A stretch of DNA of 64,000 nt, from assembly GCA_963709845.1 (NCBI GenBank), contig CAVPXV010000005.1, positions 439,032 through 503,031 on the forward strand, in the 5' to 3' direction. The notes under the pieces were generated by a model, which worked only from the letters and a program-made list of their open reading frames with translations, was not told the DNA's origin and did not search any database. This DNA is from an uncultured Thermoleophilia bacterium. GTDB lineage: Bacteria; Actinomycetota; Thermoleophilia; UBA2241. How positions within the stretch are numbered: position 1 is the stretch's first letter; each line of letters starts with the position of its first letter. This document shows positions 10,540 through 19,823 of the stretch, in pieces. Position numbers and translations under genes: made by a program.

Positions 10540-11862
10540 ATGCACACCTACTACCTGCGCTCGTTCGGCTGCCAGATGAACGAGCACGACGCCGAGCGCA
10601 TCAGGGCGCTGCTCGAAGGTCGTGGGCTGCGGCCGGTGAAGGTGCCCGACGAGGCCGACGTGCTCGTGTACAACACCTGCACCGTGCGCCACAGCGCCGA
10701 TGAACGGCTGGCGGGCCATCTGGGCACGGCGGCCCGCCTCAAGCGCCTCGACCCGGAGCGCATCGTGCTGGTCACGGGCTGCCTGCCGCAGGCCGAGCAG
10801 CGCGACTTCTTCCGCCGCTTCCCGTTCGTCGACGGCGCCCTCGGGCCCCAGAACCTCCACCGCCTGGCCGAGCTGCTCGAGGCTGCCGTGAAGCCGGTCG
10901 CCGCGGAGGCTCCCCCGGCGTTCCTCGACGACGGGCCGGCCATGAGCGGGGAGCTGCCCGGTCGCCGGGAACGGCCCTTCCAGGCGTGGGTGCAGATCAT
11001 GTCCGGCTGCACGAACTTCTGTACGTACTGCATCGTGCCGCGCGTGCGCGGGCCCGAGCGCAGCCGCGGCGCGTCGTCGATCGTCGCCGAGGTGCGCGAC
11101 CTGGTCGCGGACGGGGTGCGCGAGGTCACCCTGCTCGGCCAGAACGTCAACGCCTATGGGCGGGACCTGAGCGCCGCGGGGCGCGCCGGGGCGCCGGACT
11201 TCCCGGCGCTGCTGCGCGCCCTCGACGCGCTTCCGGGGCTGGAGCGCGTGCGCTTCATGACGTCGCACCCCGGGGATCTCACTGACGCCCTGATCGCCGC
11301 CGTCGCCGAGCTGCGCACCGTCTGCGAGCACGTGCATCTGCCGGCGCAGTCGGGGTCGGACGCCATCCTCGCGGCGATGGGTCGCGGCTACACCGCGAAC
11401 GGGTTCGTCGAGCGCGTGCGCTCGCTGCGCGCGGCCGTGCCCGACGTGAGCATCACCACGGACCTCATCGCCGGGTTCCCGGGGGAGAGCGACGCCGACT
11501 TCGAGCGCACCATGGACCTCGTGCGCACGGCGGCCTTCGACGCGGCGTTCACGTTCGTGTTCTCGCCGCGCCGCGGCACCGCCGCCGCGGACCTCCCAAA
11601 CCAGGTCCCCGACGAGGTCAAGCGGGCTCGGGTCGAGCGTCTCATCGGCCTCACCCAGGAGACGGCGCTGGCACGCCGCCGTGCCTGGATCGGCCGCCGC
11701 GCGGAGGTTCTCGTCGAAGGGCCCAGCCGCGACGCGTCGGGGTGGCGCGGGCGCACGCGGCAGAACGTGACGGTCAACGTGGCGGGGGCCGCCGAGCCCG
11801 GTGCTATAGTTCACGTGGAGGTCGTGGGCGCGACCTCGACCACCCTTCGCGGGCGGGTCTGA
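10540..11862 (+). CDS. miaB: tRNA-2-methylthio-N6-dimethylallyladenosine synthase MiaB
   Basis: MHTYYLRSFGCQMNEHDAE N-terminus (MTTase domain), radical SAM CTNFCTYC and a C-terminal TRAM domain. ATG sits in frame within the longer ORF-track entry. Confidence 0.9.
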   Translation: MHTYYLRSFGCQMNEHDAERIRALLEGRGLRPVKVPDEADVLVYNTCTVRHSADERLAGHLGTAARLKRLDPERIVLVTGCLPQAEQRDFFRRFPFVDGALGPQNLHRLAELLEAAVKPVAAEAPPAFLDDGPAMSGELPGRRERPFQAWVQIMSGCTNFCTYCIVPRVRGPERSRGASSIVAEVRDLVADGVREVTLLGQNVNAYGRDLSAAGRAGAPDFPALLRALDALPGLERVRFMTSHPGDLTDALIAAVAELRTVCEHVHLPAQSGSDAILAAMGRGYTANGFVERVRSLRAAVPDVSITTDLIAGFPGESDADFERTMDLVRTAAFDAAFTFVFSPRRGTAAADLPNQVPDEVKRARVERLIGLTQETALARRRAWIGRRAEVLVEGPSRDASGWRGRTRQNVTVNVAGAAEPGAIVHVEVVGATSTTLRGRV

Positions 11863-11888
11863 CCAGACGGACTCAGGAGGTGCCGGCC

Positions 11889-12695
11889 ATGCAAGGGTGC
11901 ATCTGCCCCCATCCTCCGCTCCTCATCCCCGAGGTGGGAGGGGCCTCGCGCGCCAAGGTGGCGAAGACCGTCCAGGGCATGCAGGAGCTCGCCGCCTCCG
12001 TCGGGGAGCCCGAGACCATCGTCGTCATCTCGCCGCACAGCGAGGGATACGGCACCTCGCACGTGGTCCGCACGGCGCGCCGCCTGCGCGGCGACTTCGG
12101 GCGCTTCCGTCACCCCGAGGCGTCGTTCGCCTACGACGCCGACGTGCCGTTCGCCGAGCTCCTGCTGGCGCTGGCCGGCGACTATCACAAGCTCCGCCTC
12201 GTGCCGGACGACAGTGAGATCCTCGACTGGGGCGTGCTCGTGCCCCTCAGCTTCCTGCCCAGCGTCCCCATCGTCTCCCTGTCGATCGTCAACGAGTACG
12301 CCGAACATCGCACCCTCGGACAGCTCGTGCGCCGCTGCGCCGAGGAGCTGGGCCGCGACACCCTGTTCGTCGCCTCCGGCGACCTCTCGCACGCCCTCAC
12401 GCACGAGGCTCCGGCGCCCTACGATCCTCGCGGCAAGCTGTTCGACGATGAGGTCGTGCAGCTGCTCGGGACCGGCGACTTCCTCGGCCTGACGCGCATG
12501 GACTCCATCCTTCTCGAGGGCGCGGCGGAGTGCGGTCTGCGCAGTTTCATCACCCTGGGCGGCTTCCTCGGCGACGACGCGCTCGTCGATCCGCGGGTCA
12601 TGAGCTACGAGGGCCCGTTCGGGGTGGGCTACATGGTGGCGCGTTTCGGTGCCGCGCGCCGCGCTCGCGATGAGGCCGGCGAGGCCGATGGCTGA
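11889..12695 (+). CDS. Memo/LigB-fold protein; candidate AmmeMemoRadiSam system protein B
   Basis: Sits directly upstream of an AMMECR1 gene and overlaps it. Shows the VVISPHSEG (aromatic-ring-opening dioxygenase / Memo-like) pattern. Assignment to the Memo rather than LigB clade is inferred from context. Confidence 0.55.
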   Translation: MQGCICPHPPLLIPEVGGASRAKVAKTVQGMQELAASVGEPETIVVISPHSEGYGTSHVVRTARRLRGDFGRFRHPEASFAYDADVPFAELLLALAGDYHKLRLVPDDSEILDWGVLVPLSFLPSVPIVSLSIVNEYAEHRTLGQLVRRCAEELGRDTLFVASGDLSHALTHEAPAPYDPRGKLFDDEVVQLLGTGDFLGLTRMDSILLEGAAECGLRSFITLGGFLGDDALVDPRVMSYEGPFGVGYMVARFGAARRARDEAGEADG

Positions 12696-13263
12696 GGCAC
12701 GTCACGGCGCGCCCGGGCCGGCCGACTACGCCCGCGCCTGCGTCGAGAACCTCGTCTGCGGCCGCCCGCTTCCCGAGCCCCCAGCCGGCGAGTTCTTCGC
12801 GCAGGCAGCTTCATGCTTCGTCTCGCTCAAGAAGCGGGGTGCGCTCCGCGGCTGCATCGGCACCCTCGAGCCGGCGGAGCGCGACCTCGCCGCCGAGATC
12901 GCGCGCAACGCCTGCTCGGCGGCCATGCGCGACCCGCGCTTTCACCGCGTGCGCGAGGACGAGCTCGAGGACTTGTCCTGTTCGGTGGACGTCCTCAGCG
13001 CCAGCGAGGCTTGCTCGCTCGAGGACCTCGACCCCTGCGAGTACGGTGTCATCGTGACCTGCGGCCTGCGCCGCGGCGTCCTGCTGCCGGACCTCGAGGG
13101 GATCGACACCGTGGGGCAGCAAGTGGGGGTCGCGCTCCAGAAGGCGGGGATCAGCCCGGACGAAGCCTTCGAGGTCGCCCGCTTCACGGTGTGCCGGTAC
13201 CGCGAAGGCGAGGCCCCGCGCGGCGCTGCTGCGGAGACGGAGCACCCAGAGCCGGATGGCTGA
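12688..13263 (+). CDS. AMMECR1 domain protein (AmmeMemoRadiSam system protein A)
   Basis: Conserved CFVSLKK.GALRGCIG core and C-terminal GVLLP motif. Start overlaps the upstream stop (ATGGCTGA). Confidence 0.8.
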   Translation: MAEARHGAPGPADYARACVENLVCGRPLPEPPAGEFFAQAASCFVSLKKRGALRGCIGTLEPAERDLAAEIARNACSAAMRDPRFHRVREDELEDLSCSVDVLSASEACSLEDLDPCEYGVIVTCGLRRGVLLPDLEGIDTVGQQVGVALQKAGISPDEAFEVARFTVCRYREGEAPRGAAAETEHPEPDG

Positions 13264-14179
13264 ACCGCTGTTCGCCCTGTTCGGGGCGACGGCGCTCGGC
13301 AAGACCGAGGTCGCCCTGGCGCTTGCCGAGACGCTCGGGGCCGAGATCGTCGTCGCCGACTCCATGCAGGTGTACCGCGGCCTGCCCATCGTCACCAATC
13401 AGCCCGACGAGGCGCAGCGGCGACGCGCGCCGCATCACCTTGTCGGCTTCGTCGATCCGCGCCGCGAGTTCACGGTCGCGGAGTACGCGCGCCGCGCACA
13501 CGAGGTCATCGACGGGTTGCTCGCGGCGGGCCGCCGGGTCGTCGTAGAGGGCGGCTCGGGACTCTACTTGCGCGCCGCGCTCGGCGACCTGCGCTTCGCT
13601 CCGGCGCCTTCCCCTGGCGCGCGAGAAGCGCTCGAGGCGCGCTGGGCGCGCGACGCGGACGGAGTCATAGCAGAGCTGCGGGCGCTGGACCCTGCGACCT
13701 GCGCCCGTCTCGACGTGCGCAACCCGCGGCGCGTGCTCCGCGCCCTCGAGGCGGTGCAGGCCGCGGGCCGGCCGCTCCAGGCCGCGGAGGCCGACCAGCT
13801 GTGGCGGCCGGCAGAACGCTACCCACACCGCCTCGTCGCCTTGCTGCCCGACGCCGATCGCGAGGCGCTGCGGGCGGCGATCGACCGCCGCGTCGATCGC
13901 ATGCTCGCCGCCGGCGCGCTCGAGGAGGTGGCGGCCTGTCGCGCCGCGGGCACGCTCTCGCGCACGGTGATGCAGGCGATCGGCGTGCGCGAGCTCTGCG
14001 CTTGCCTCGACGGCGAGCTCACGTCCGCCGAGGCGGCCGCGAGGATGAAGACGCGCACGCACGCTCTGGCCCGCCGCCAGCTGACCTGGATGCGCAAGCT
14101 GCCCGCCTCCGCGCTGGTGGCGGCGTCGGGGCGGCCGGCGGCGCAGGTCGCCGCCGACATCCTGCGCGGAGCGTCCTGA
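13256..14179 (+). CDS. miaA: tRNA dimethylallyltransferase MiaA
   Basis: P-loop FGATALGKTEVAL, DSMQVYRGLPIVTNQP and downstream IPP-transferase motifs. Confidence 0.9.
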   Translation: MAEPLFALFGATALGKTEVALALAETLGAEIVVADSMQVYRGLPIVTNQPDEAQRRRAPHHLVGFVDPRREFTVAEYARRAHEVIDGLLAAGRRVVVEGGSGLYLRAALGDLRFAPAPSPGAREALEARWARDADGVIAELRALDPATCARLDVRNPRRVLRALEAVQAAGRPLQAAEADQLWRPAERYPHRLVALLPDADREALRAAIDRRVDRMLAAGALEEVAACRAAGTLSRTVMQAIGVRELCACLDGELTSAEAAARMKTRTHALARRQLTWMRKLPASALVAASGRPAAQVAADILRGAS

Positions 14180-14250
14180 GGCCCATGGTACGATGTGCAC
14201 TTCAGTCGCGCGCAGCGGCCGACGTGTCGTCTCACAGGAGGTCGTGACGG

Positions 14251-15120
14251 GTGCAGTCCACGTGGCAGGGTCTCGGCAAGGTCCGCTTCTCCAAGTGGCA
14301 GGGCCTCGGCAACCACTACATCGTGCTCCACGCTGAGGAGCTCCCGTTCGCGCTCACCCCGGAGCGGGTCAAGCTGCTCTGCGACCGCAACCTCGGCATC
14401 GGCTCGGACGGGATCATGGTCATCGGCGCGCGCACCGGCGAGGACCGCTTCGAGGTGCGCATCTTCAACCCGGACGGCAGCGAGGCGGAGATGTGCGGCA
14501 ACGGGGTGCGCATGGTCGCGCGCAAGCTGCGCATGGAGGGATCGGTGCGCGGCGACTCCATGGTGCTCGAGACGCCGGCCGGCGAGATCGTGCCCAAGCT
14601 GGGCGACGGCTACATGGTCACCGTGGACATGGGCATCGCCCGGTTCGGCGGCGAGAAGCTCAGCGGCTTCGAGGGGGAGTGCGTCGAGGAATCGCTGCAC
14701 GCCGCCGGCCGCAGCTTCACGTTCACGTTCGTCGACGTGGGCAACCCGCACGCCGTCATCCAGTCGCCGTGGCCGCTCGAACTCGTGCCCCTGCATGAGG
14801 TCGGGCCCATGATCGAGGAACACCACTACTTCCCGCGCAAGGCCAACGTCGAGTTCGTCAAGGTCCTCGGCGAGCACGACGCCAAGTTGCGCGTGTGGGA
14901 GCGCGGCGTGGGGGAGACGAGGGCCTGCGGCACGGGGGCGGTGGCCACCGCCGTCGCGCTCGTGCGCACCGGCCAGTGCACCTCGCCGGTGTCCGTCGAG
15001 CTGCCCGGCGGCAAGCTCGTCGTGGACGTGGGGCCGGACTGGCGTGTGTTCATGACCGGTCCGGCGGAGGAGATCTACCACGGCGACCTCTCGCAGGAGT
15101 TCCTCGATCACCTCGAGTAG
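14251..15120 (+). CDS. dapF: Diaminopimelate epimerase
   Basis: GTG start after AGGAG. Both catalytic Cys regions (FNPDGSEAEMCGNG and GETRACGTGA) are present. Confidence 0.9.
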   Translation: MQSTWQGLGKVRFSKWQGLGNHYIVLHAEELPFALTPERVKLLCDRNLGIGSDGIMVIGARTGEDRFEVRIFNPDGSEAEMCGNGVRMVARKLRMEGSVRGDSMVLETPAGEIVPKLGDGYMVTVDMGIARFGGEKLSGFEGECVEESLHAAGRSFTFTFVDVGNPHAVIQSPWPLELVPLHEVGPMIEEHHYFPRKANVEFVKVLGEHDAKLRVWERGVGETRACGTGAVATAVALVRTGQCTSPVSVELPGGKLVVDVGPDWRVFMTGPAEEIYHGDLSQEFLDHLE

Positions 15121-15156
15121 CGCCCCCTCGCCCACGTCCAGCATCCCAGGAGAGCG

Positions 15157-16320
15157 ATGAGATTCTCACAGCGCGTGCAGAGCCTGCCGCCGTACCTGTT
15201 CGCCGGCATCGAGCGCAAGATCGCCGAACGGCGGGCGTCCGGCAGGGACGTCATCAGCCTCGGGATCGGCGATCCCGACCTGCCCACGCCAGCGCACATC
15301 GTGGCGGCGCTGGCCGAGGCGGCCGCCGACCCGGCGACGCACCAGTATCCGAGCAACCAGGGCGAGCCCGCGTTCCGCGAGGCTGTGGCCGGGTTCTACT
15401 CCACGCGCTTCGGCGTGGAGCTCGACCCGGCCTCCGAGATCATCCCGCTCCTCGGGGCGAAGGAGGGCGTCGCGCACATCTGCCTCGCCCTCCTCGACCA
15501 GTGCGACGTCGCCCTCGCCGCCGACCCGGGCTATCCCGTGTACACCACGGGGCCCCTGCTCGCCGACGGCACCGCCGTCGCCCTGCCGCTCCTGCCCGAG
15601 CTCGGCTTCCAGCCCGACCTCGAAGCCATCGAGCCGAGCGTGCTCGCCAAGGCCAAGATGGTCTTCGTCAGCTACCCGAACAACCCGACGGGCGCCGTCA
15701 TCGAGGACGATTTCTTCGCTCGCCTCGTCGCCTTCGCGCGCGAGTACGACCTGGTGGTGGTGCACGACAACGCCTACGCCGACATCACCTACGACGGCTA
15801 CGTGGCGCCGAGCTTCCTCGGGACGCCCGGCGCCAAGGACGTCGGCGTCGAGATGTTCAGCCTCTCCAAGAGCTACAACATGACCGGCTGGCGCTCCGGC
15901 GCCGTCGTCGGCAACCGCGACGTCGTGGACGCCTTCTGGCGCCTCAAGACCAACATGGACTCCGGCATGTTCGCGGCCGTGCAGCGCGCCAGCGTCGCGG
16001 CCCTCAGCGGCTCGCAGGAGTGCGTCGCCGAGATGTGCCGCGTGTACCGCCGCCGCCGCGACCTCCTCGTGGAGGCGCTGCGCGCGGTCGGCGTGCAGGT
16101 CACGCCTCCCAAGGGCACCATCTATCTATGGGTGCCGGTGCCGCAGGGATACACGTCCGCCGGCTTCACCGAGCAGGTGCTCGAACAGGCGGACGTCGTG
16201 GTGACGCCGGGCGCCGCCTACGGCGCCTGCGGCGAGGGCTACGTGCGCCTCTCGCTCACGGTGCCCGACGACCGCCTGCGGGAGGCCGTGCGGCGCATCG
16301 AGGAGCGCGTACGCCTGTAG
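15157..16320 (+). CDS. dapL: Class I/II PLP aminotransferase, probable LL-diaminopimelate aminotransferase (DapL-type)
   Basis: N-terminal LPPYLFAGIERKI motif characteristic of DapL. PLP lysine region SLSKSYNMTGWRSG. Adjacent to dapF. Confidence 0.7.
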   Translation: MRFSQRVQSLPPYLFAGIERKIAERRASGRDVISLGIGDPDLPTPAHIVAALAEAAADPATHQYPSNQGEPAFREAVAGFYSTRFGVELDPASEIIPLLGAKEGVAHICLALLDQCDVALAADPGYPVYTTGPLLADGTAVALPLLPELGFQPDLEAIEPSVLAKAKMVFVSYPNNPTGAVIEDDFFARLVAFAREYDLVVVHDNAYADITYDGYVAPSFLGTPGAKDVGVEMFSLSKSYNMTGWRSGAVVGNRDVVDAFWRLKTNMDSGMFAAVQRASVAALSGSQECVAEMCRVYRRRRDLLVEALRAVGVQVTPPKGTIYLWVPVPQGYTSAGFTEQVLEQADVVVTPGAAYGACGEGYVRLSLTVPDDRLREAVRRIEERVRL

Positions 16321-16330
16321 AGGCCTCACC

Positions 16331-17665
16331 GTGACGCCCGTCGAGGCACAGGGCGCGGAGAACGGCGCGACGACGCCGCGCCCGCGCGCCGTGGTCTTCG
16401 CCGTGATGCGCGGCGGTCACGGCGGACCCGGCGAGGACGAGCCGCTCAACGAGATCAAGGAGCTGCTGCGCTCGGCCGAGATGGACTGGGCCGCCGACGT
16501 GATCCAGCACCGTGACCTGCCCGATCGCCATACCTACCTGGGCAAGGGCAAGATGACGGACCTCAAGGCGGCGGTCGTCGACAGCGGGGCGACCGTAGCC
16601 GTCTGCGAGGACGATCTCAGCCCGGCGCAGGTGGGGGCGGTGCTCGATGCGGTCGACGTAGACGTCCTCGACCGCACCGAGCTCATCCTCAGCGTGTTCA
16701 GCAAGCACGCGCACACCCTCGAGGGCACGTTGCAGGTGCACCTGGCACAGCTCGAATACGAGCTCACGCGCATGCGCGGCAAGGGTCTCGTGTTGTCGCG
16801 TCTCGGCGCCGGCGTGGACATGCGCGGCCCCGGCGAGACCAAGATGGAGGTCGACCGGCGTGTGGTGCGCAAGCGCATCCAGACTCTGCGCCGGCGCATC
16901 GACCAGATGGCGCGGACGCGGCGCACGCAGCGTGCCCGCCGCGTCCGCTCGGCCGTGCCCCTGATCGCGCTCGCCGGCTACACCAACGCCGGCAAGTCGA
17001 CCTTGCTGAACGCGCTCACCGACGCCCACGTGTCGGTCAACGACCGTCTGTTCGAGACGCTCGACCCCACGTCGCGCTCGTACCGCTTCCGCGATCGCGA
17101 CTACGTCGTCACCGATACGGTCGGGTTCATCCGCAAGCTGCCGCACACGCTCGTCGACGCCTTCGCCTCGACGCTCGAGGAGACCACGCTTGCCGACGTG
17201 GTACTCGTGGTCGCCGACGCCAGCCTCGAGCCCTCCGAGATCGCCGTGCGCGAGGAGACCGTAGCCGAGGTGCTCGACATGATCGGCTCCCGGGCGCCGC
17301 GCGTGGTCGTGTTCAACAAGATCGACCGTGTCGACGCGGGCAGGCTGATGCGCCTGCATGCCTTGTACCCGGAGGCGGAGTTCGTCTCCGCGGCCCGAGG
17401 CGAAGGTCTCGGCGCCCTCCAGACGCGCCTCGCCGACTTCTTCGACCGCGCTCTGCGGCCGGTCCGCCTGCTGTTCCCCTATACGGAGACCGCCGCCATG
17501 CATCGCCTGCGCGGCATCGCCAGCGACGTCCGCGAAGAGCACAGGGAGGACGGCGTGATCTTCGAGGCGCGCCTGCCGGTCGCCGAAGCGGGCCGCTACG
17601 CCCGCTTCGTCACGGACATCGACTCGGAAGACGCCGACGTCGAAGGGAGCGCCGGTGAGCGCTGA
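16331..17665 (+). CDS. hflX: GTPase HflX
   Basis: HflX N-terminal domain plus G-domain (G1 GYTNAGKSTLLNALT, DTVGFI, NKID). Confidence 0.9.
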   Translation: MTPVEAQGAENGATTPRPRAVVFAVMRGGHGGPGEDEPLNEIKELLRSAEMDWAADVIQHRDLPDRHTYLGKGKMTDLKAAVVDSGATVAVCEDDLSPAQVGAVLDAVDVDVLDRTELILSVFSKHAHTLEGTLQVHLAQLEYELTRMRGKGLVLSRLGAGVDMRGPGETKMEVDRRVVRKRIQTLRRRIDQMARTRRTQRARRVRSAVPLIALAGYTNAGKSTLLNALTDAHVSVNDRLFETLDPTSRSYRFRDRDYVVTDTVGFIRKLPHTLVDAFASTLEETTLADVVLVVADASLEPSEIAVREETVAEVLDMIGSRAPRVVVFNKIDRVDAGRLMRLHALYPEAEFVSAARGEGLGALQTRLADFFDRALRPVRLLFPYTETAAMHRLRGIASDVREEHREDGVIFEARLPVAEAGRYARFVTDIDSEDADVEGSAGER

Positions 17666-17706
17666 GTTCCTGAGCTGCGACGACTGCGGCCGCGCGAGGG
17701 ATCATC

Positions 17707-18144
17707 GTGCCGGTCAAGCTGCTCACGCCGCAGGCGCGGTCACCCGAGCGCGCCTACGAGCACGACGCCGCGTTCGACCTGTACGCGGCGGAGGCGGCGC
17801 GACTCGCGCCGCTCGCGCGCGCCGTCGTGGGCACGGGCATCGCACTGGGCTTGCCCCCGGGCCTCGCGGCCCTCACGCTCCCGCGCTCCGGGCTCGCCGC
17901 GCGCCATGGCGTCTCGATCGTCAACGCTCCCGGCCTCATCGATCCCGGGTATCGTGGCGAGGTCCGTATCATCCTGCTCAACACCGACCACCAGACGCCC
18001 TTCGAGGTCGCCGTGGGAGATCGCCTCGCGCAGTTGCTCTTCCTGGCGTTGACCGATGTATCCTTGATGACCACGCAGGCGCTGGACGATACGCACCGCG
18101 GCGAGCAGGGCTTCGGCTCGAGCGGCAAGGGGGAGAGGGCATGA
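17707..18144 (+). CDS. dut: dUTP diphosphatase
   Basis: dUTPase motifs (AAFDLYA, RSGLAARHGVSIVNAPGLIDPGYRGEV, GDRLAQLLF). GTG start. Confidence 0.85.
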   Translation: MPVKLLTPQARSPERAYEHDAAFDLYAAEAARLAPLARAVVGTGIALGLPPGLAALTLPRSGLAARHGVSIVNAPGLIDPGYRGEVRIILLNTDHQTPFEVAVGDRLAQLLFLALTDVSLMTTQALDDTHRGEQGFGSSGKGERA

Positions 18145-18659
18145 CTACGGGGTACGAAGGCGACACCAGCATGACGACATCGGTGGGGCGCGACCCGGCG
18201 CCCGACGTCGCGCCCGCCGCCGACAAGCCTACGATACGTGTAGCAGGCATGCTCGTCGACGAGGGTCGTATTTTGATGGTAGAGCAGGCCCGCGGGGAGG
18301 AGAGGTACTGGCTCCTGCCGGGAGGCGGCGTCCAGTTCGGCGAGACGCTCACCGACGCGCTGCGCCGCGAGTTCCTCGAGGAACTCGGCCTGCGCGTCGG
18401 CGTCTCGAAGCTCCTGGCGATCGTCGAGTCGATCTCACCGGACCCGGACTACGCGAAGCACGTCGTGCACCTGGTGTTCGAAGTATCGGCGCCGCACGAC
18501 TCGACGCCGGAGCCCGGCGAGGAGAAGGTCATCAGCGCCGCCTATCTCGACGAGAGCACGTTGCAGCGCCTCGACGTGCGCCCGCCGATCACGGAATTCC
18601 TCGCCGCCTGCGTGCGCGAGCTGCCCTCGTCGCCGCAGTATCTCGGCCGGCGCTGGTGA
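18141..18659 (+). CDS. NUDIX hydrolase
   Basis: Nudix box GGGVQFGETLTDALRREFLEELGL. ATG overlaps the dut stop; shares a frame with ORF 17655..18659. Confidence 0.75.
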   Translation: MTTGYEGDTSMTTSVGRDPAPDVAPAADKPTIRVAGMLVDEGRILMVEQARGEERYWLLPGGGVQFGETLTDALRREFLEELGLRVGVSKLLAIVESISPDPDYAKHVVHLVFEVSAPHDSTPEPGEEKVISAAYLDESTLQRLDVRPPITEFLAACVRELPSSPQYLGRRW

Positions 18660-18781
18660 CGGCCTGGCGCGTCAGTCGACGGCGCGGGGACTCGCGGGGA
18701 GGCTCGACGGCTCCTCTCACAGCCCGGACCGCAGCCTGAGAGCGCCGCCTCGAGCACCTCAGTGGCCGCGGTGCGCCTCGA

Positions 18782-18810
18782 TTGCAGCGCACGATAATCT
18801 CCGTTATGTA
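18782..18810 (+). promoter_or_regulatory. Candidate promoter (TTGCAG-N17-TATGTA) in a 620-bp gene-free gap; possible sRNA or orphan promoter
   Basis: The only AT-rich patch in the 18660-19280 gap (cgataatctccgttatgtaaag). No protein-like ORF lies downstream on the + strand before the convergent apt gene. Confidence 0.2.
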
Positions 18811-19280
18811 AAGCTGGCCAGTGAGAGGCGCCGATGCCCGCCTCAGGCCGCGCGGCTTGGCCGTCTCCCCTCCCGACTCTGCCACCGGATGCAGTGGCGG
18901 CTGTATCGACTCGTCCCTGCGGGCGTGCGGGCTTCTTCGCGCGGAGCGCGTGCGTTGCTCCGGGTCCTTACGGCCGCGAGCCACCGGAGCTGCGCGCGCC
19001 ACGTCGCCGGACTTCCGCGTCGTCTCAGGCGGCGCGCATCCATCTCGCCCCCGCGTTGATCCCCCAGCGTCGGCCGGCGGTTACGTGCGCCTCGGATCCG
19101 ACAATCTTGCGGGAGATCGTCCAGGGCAGCGGCGGATGCTGGGACGGCGGTCCCAGGGTGACTGAGCACGCACTCGCCGTCGACGACCCGGCGGGTAGGC
19201 GCTGCGCGGCCGCGAGACGAACAGGTGTTCGCCTCTGGATCGGACGGACGGCTGCTCGCCGGCGCCGCGCGGCGCCGCGA

Positions 19281-19808
19281 TCAGTACGTGATCAGGCTGA
19301 AGACGTCGTAGCCCTTGATCTTCTCGCGGCCGTTGAGGTCGGCGAGCTCGATCAGGAAGGCACAGCCGACGACCGTGCCTCCGAGCTGCTCGACGAGGTC
19401 GATCTTCGCCTTGGCGGTGCCGCCGGTGGCCAGGAGATCGTCGTGGACGAGCACGTTCTGCCCCGGCTTGATGGCGTCCGCGTGGATCTCGAGGCGATCG
19501 GTGCCGTACTCGAGGTCGTATTCCGCCGCGATCGTGCGGTACGGCAGCTTGCCCGGCTTGCGCGCGCAGACGAAGCCGGCGCCGAGGCCGTAGGCGACCG
19601 CGGCGCCGAGGATGAAGCCACGCGCCTCCGCCCCGAGCACGACGTCGACGTGCTTGCCGGTGCCGTACTCGATGATGCGGTCGACGGCCTCACGCAAGGC
19701 TACGGGGTCCTGCAGCAGCGGCATGATGTCGCGGAAGAGGATGCCCTCCTTGGGGAAATCCGGGATGTCGCGTACGTGCTTGCCGAGGTCGATGCGGCCG
19801 TCGGTCAT
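19281..19808 (-). CDS. apt: Adenine phosphoribosyltransferase
   Basis: 175 aa with the PRPP-binding VLVHDDLLATGGTA motif and an Apt-type N-terminus. Confidence 0.9.
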   Translation of the reverse strand: MTDGRIDLGKHVRDIPDFPKEGILFRDIMPLLQDPVALREAVDRIIEYGTGKHVDVVLGAEARGFILGAAVAYGLGAGFVCARKPGKLPYRTIAAEYDLEYGTDRLEIHADAIKPGQNVLVHDDLLATGGTAKAKIDLVEQLGGTVVGCAFLIELADLNGREKIKGYDVFSLITY

Positions 19809-19823
19809 GGAGTCTCTCCTTGG

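Noticed and set aside
10450-17542. Long - strand ORFs antisense to miaB, miaA, dapF, dapL and hflX (10450..11814, 13184..14200, 13819..15144, 16256..17542) and + strand 14895..16334
   Set aside because: Same artefact class; no domains. The sense-strand genes are unambiguous.
18660-19280. RNase P RNA / tmRNA / SRP RNA in the NUDIX-apt gap
   Set aside because: GTCCGGGCT-like and CACAGCCCGG strings exist, but not in the order, spacing or strand expected for the P4 helix. No tRNA-like 3' end for tmRNA. Cannot be supported without a covariance search.
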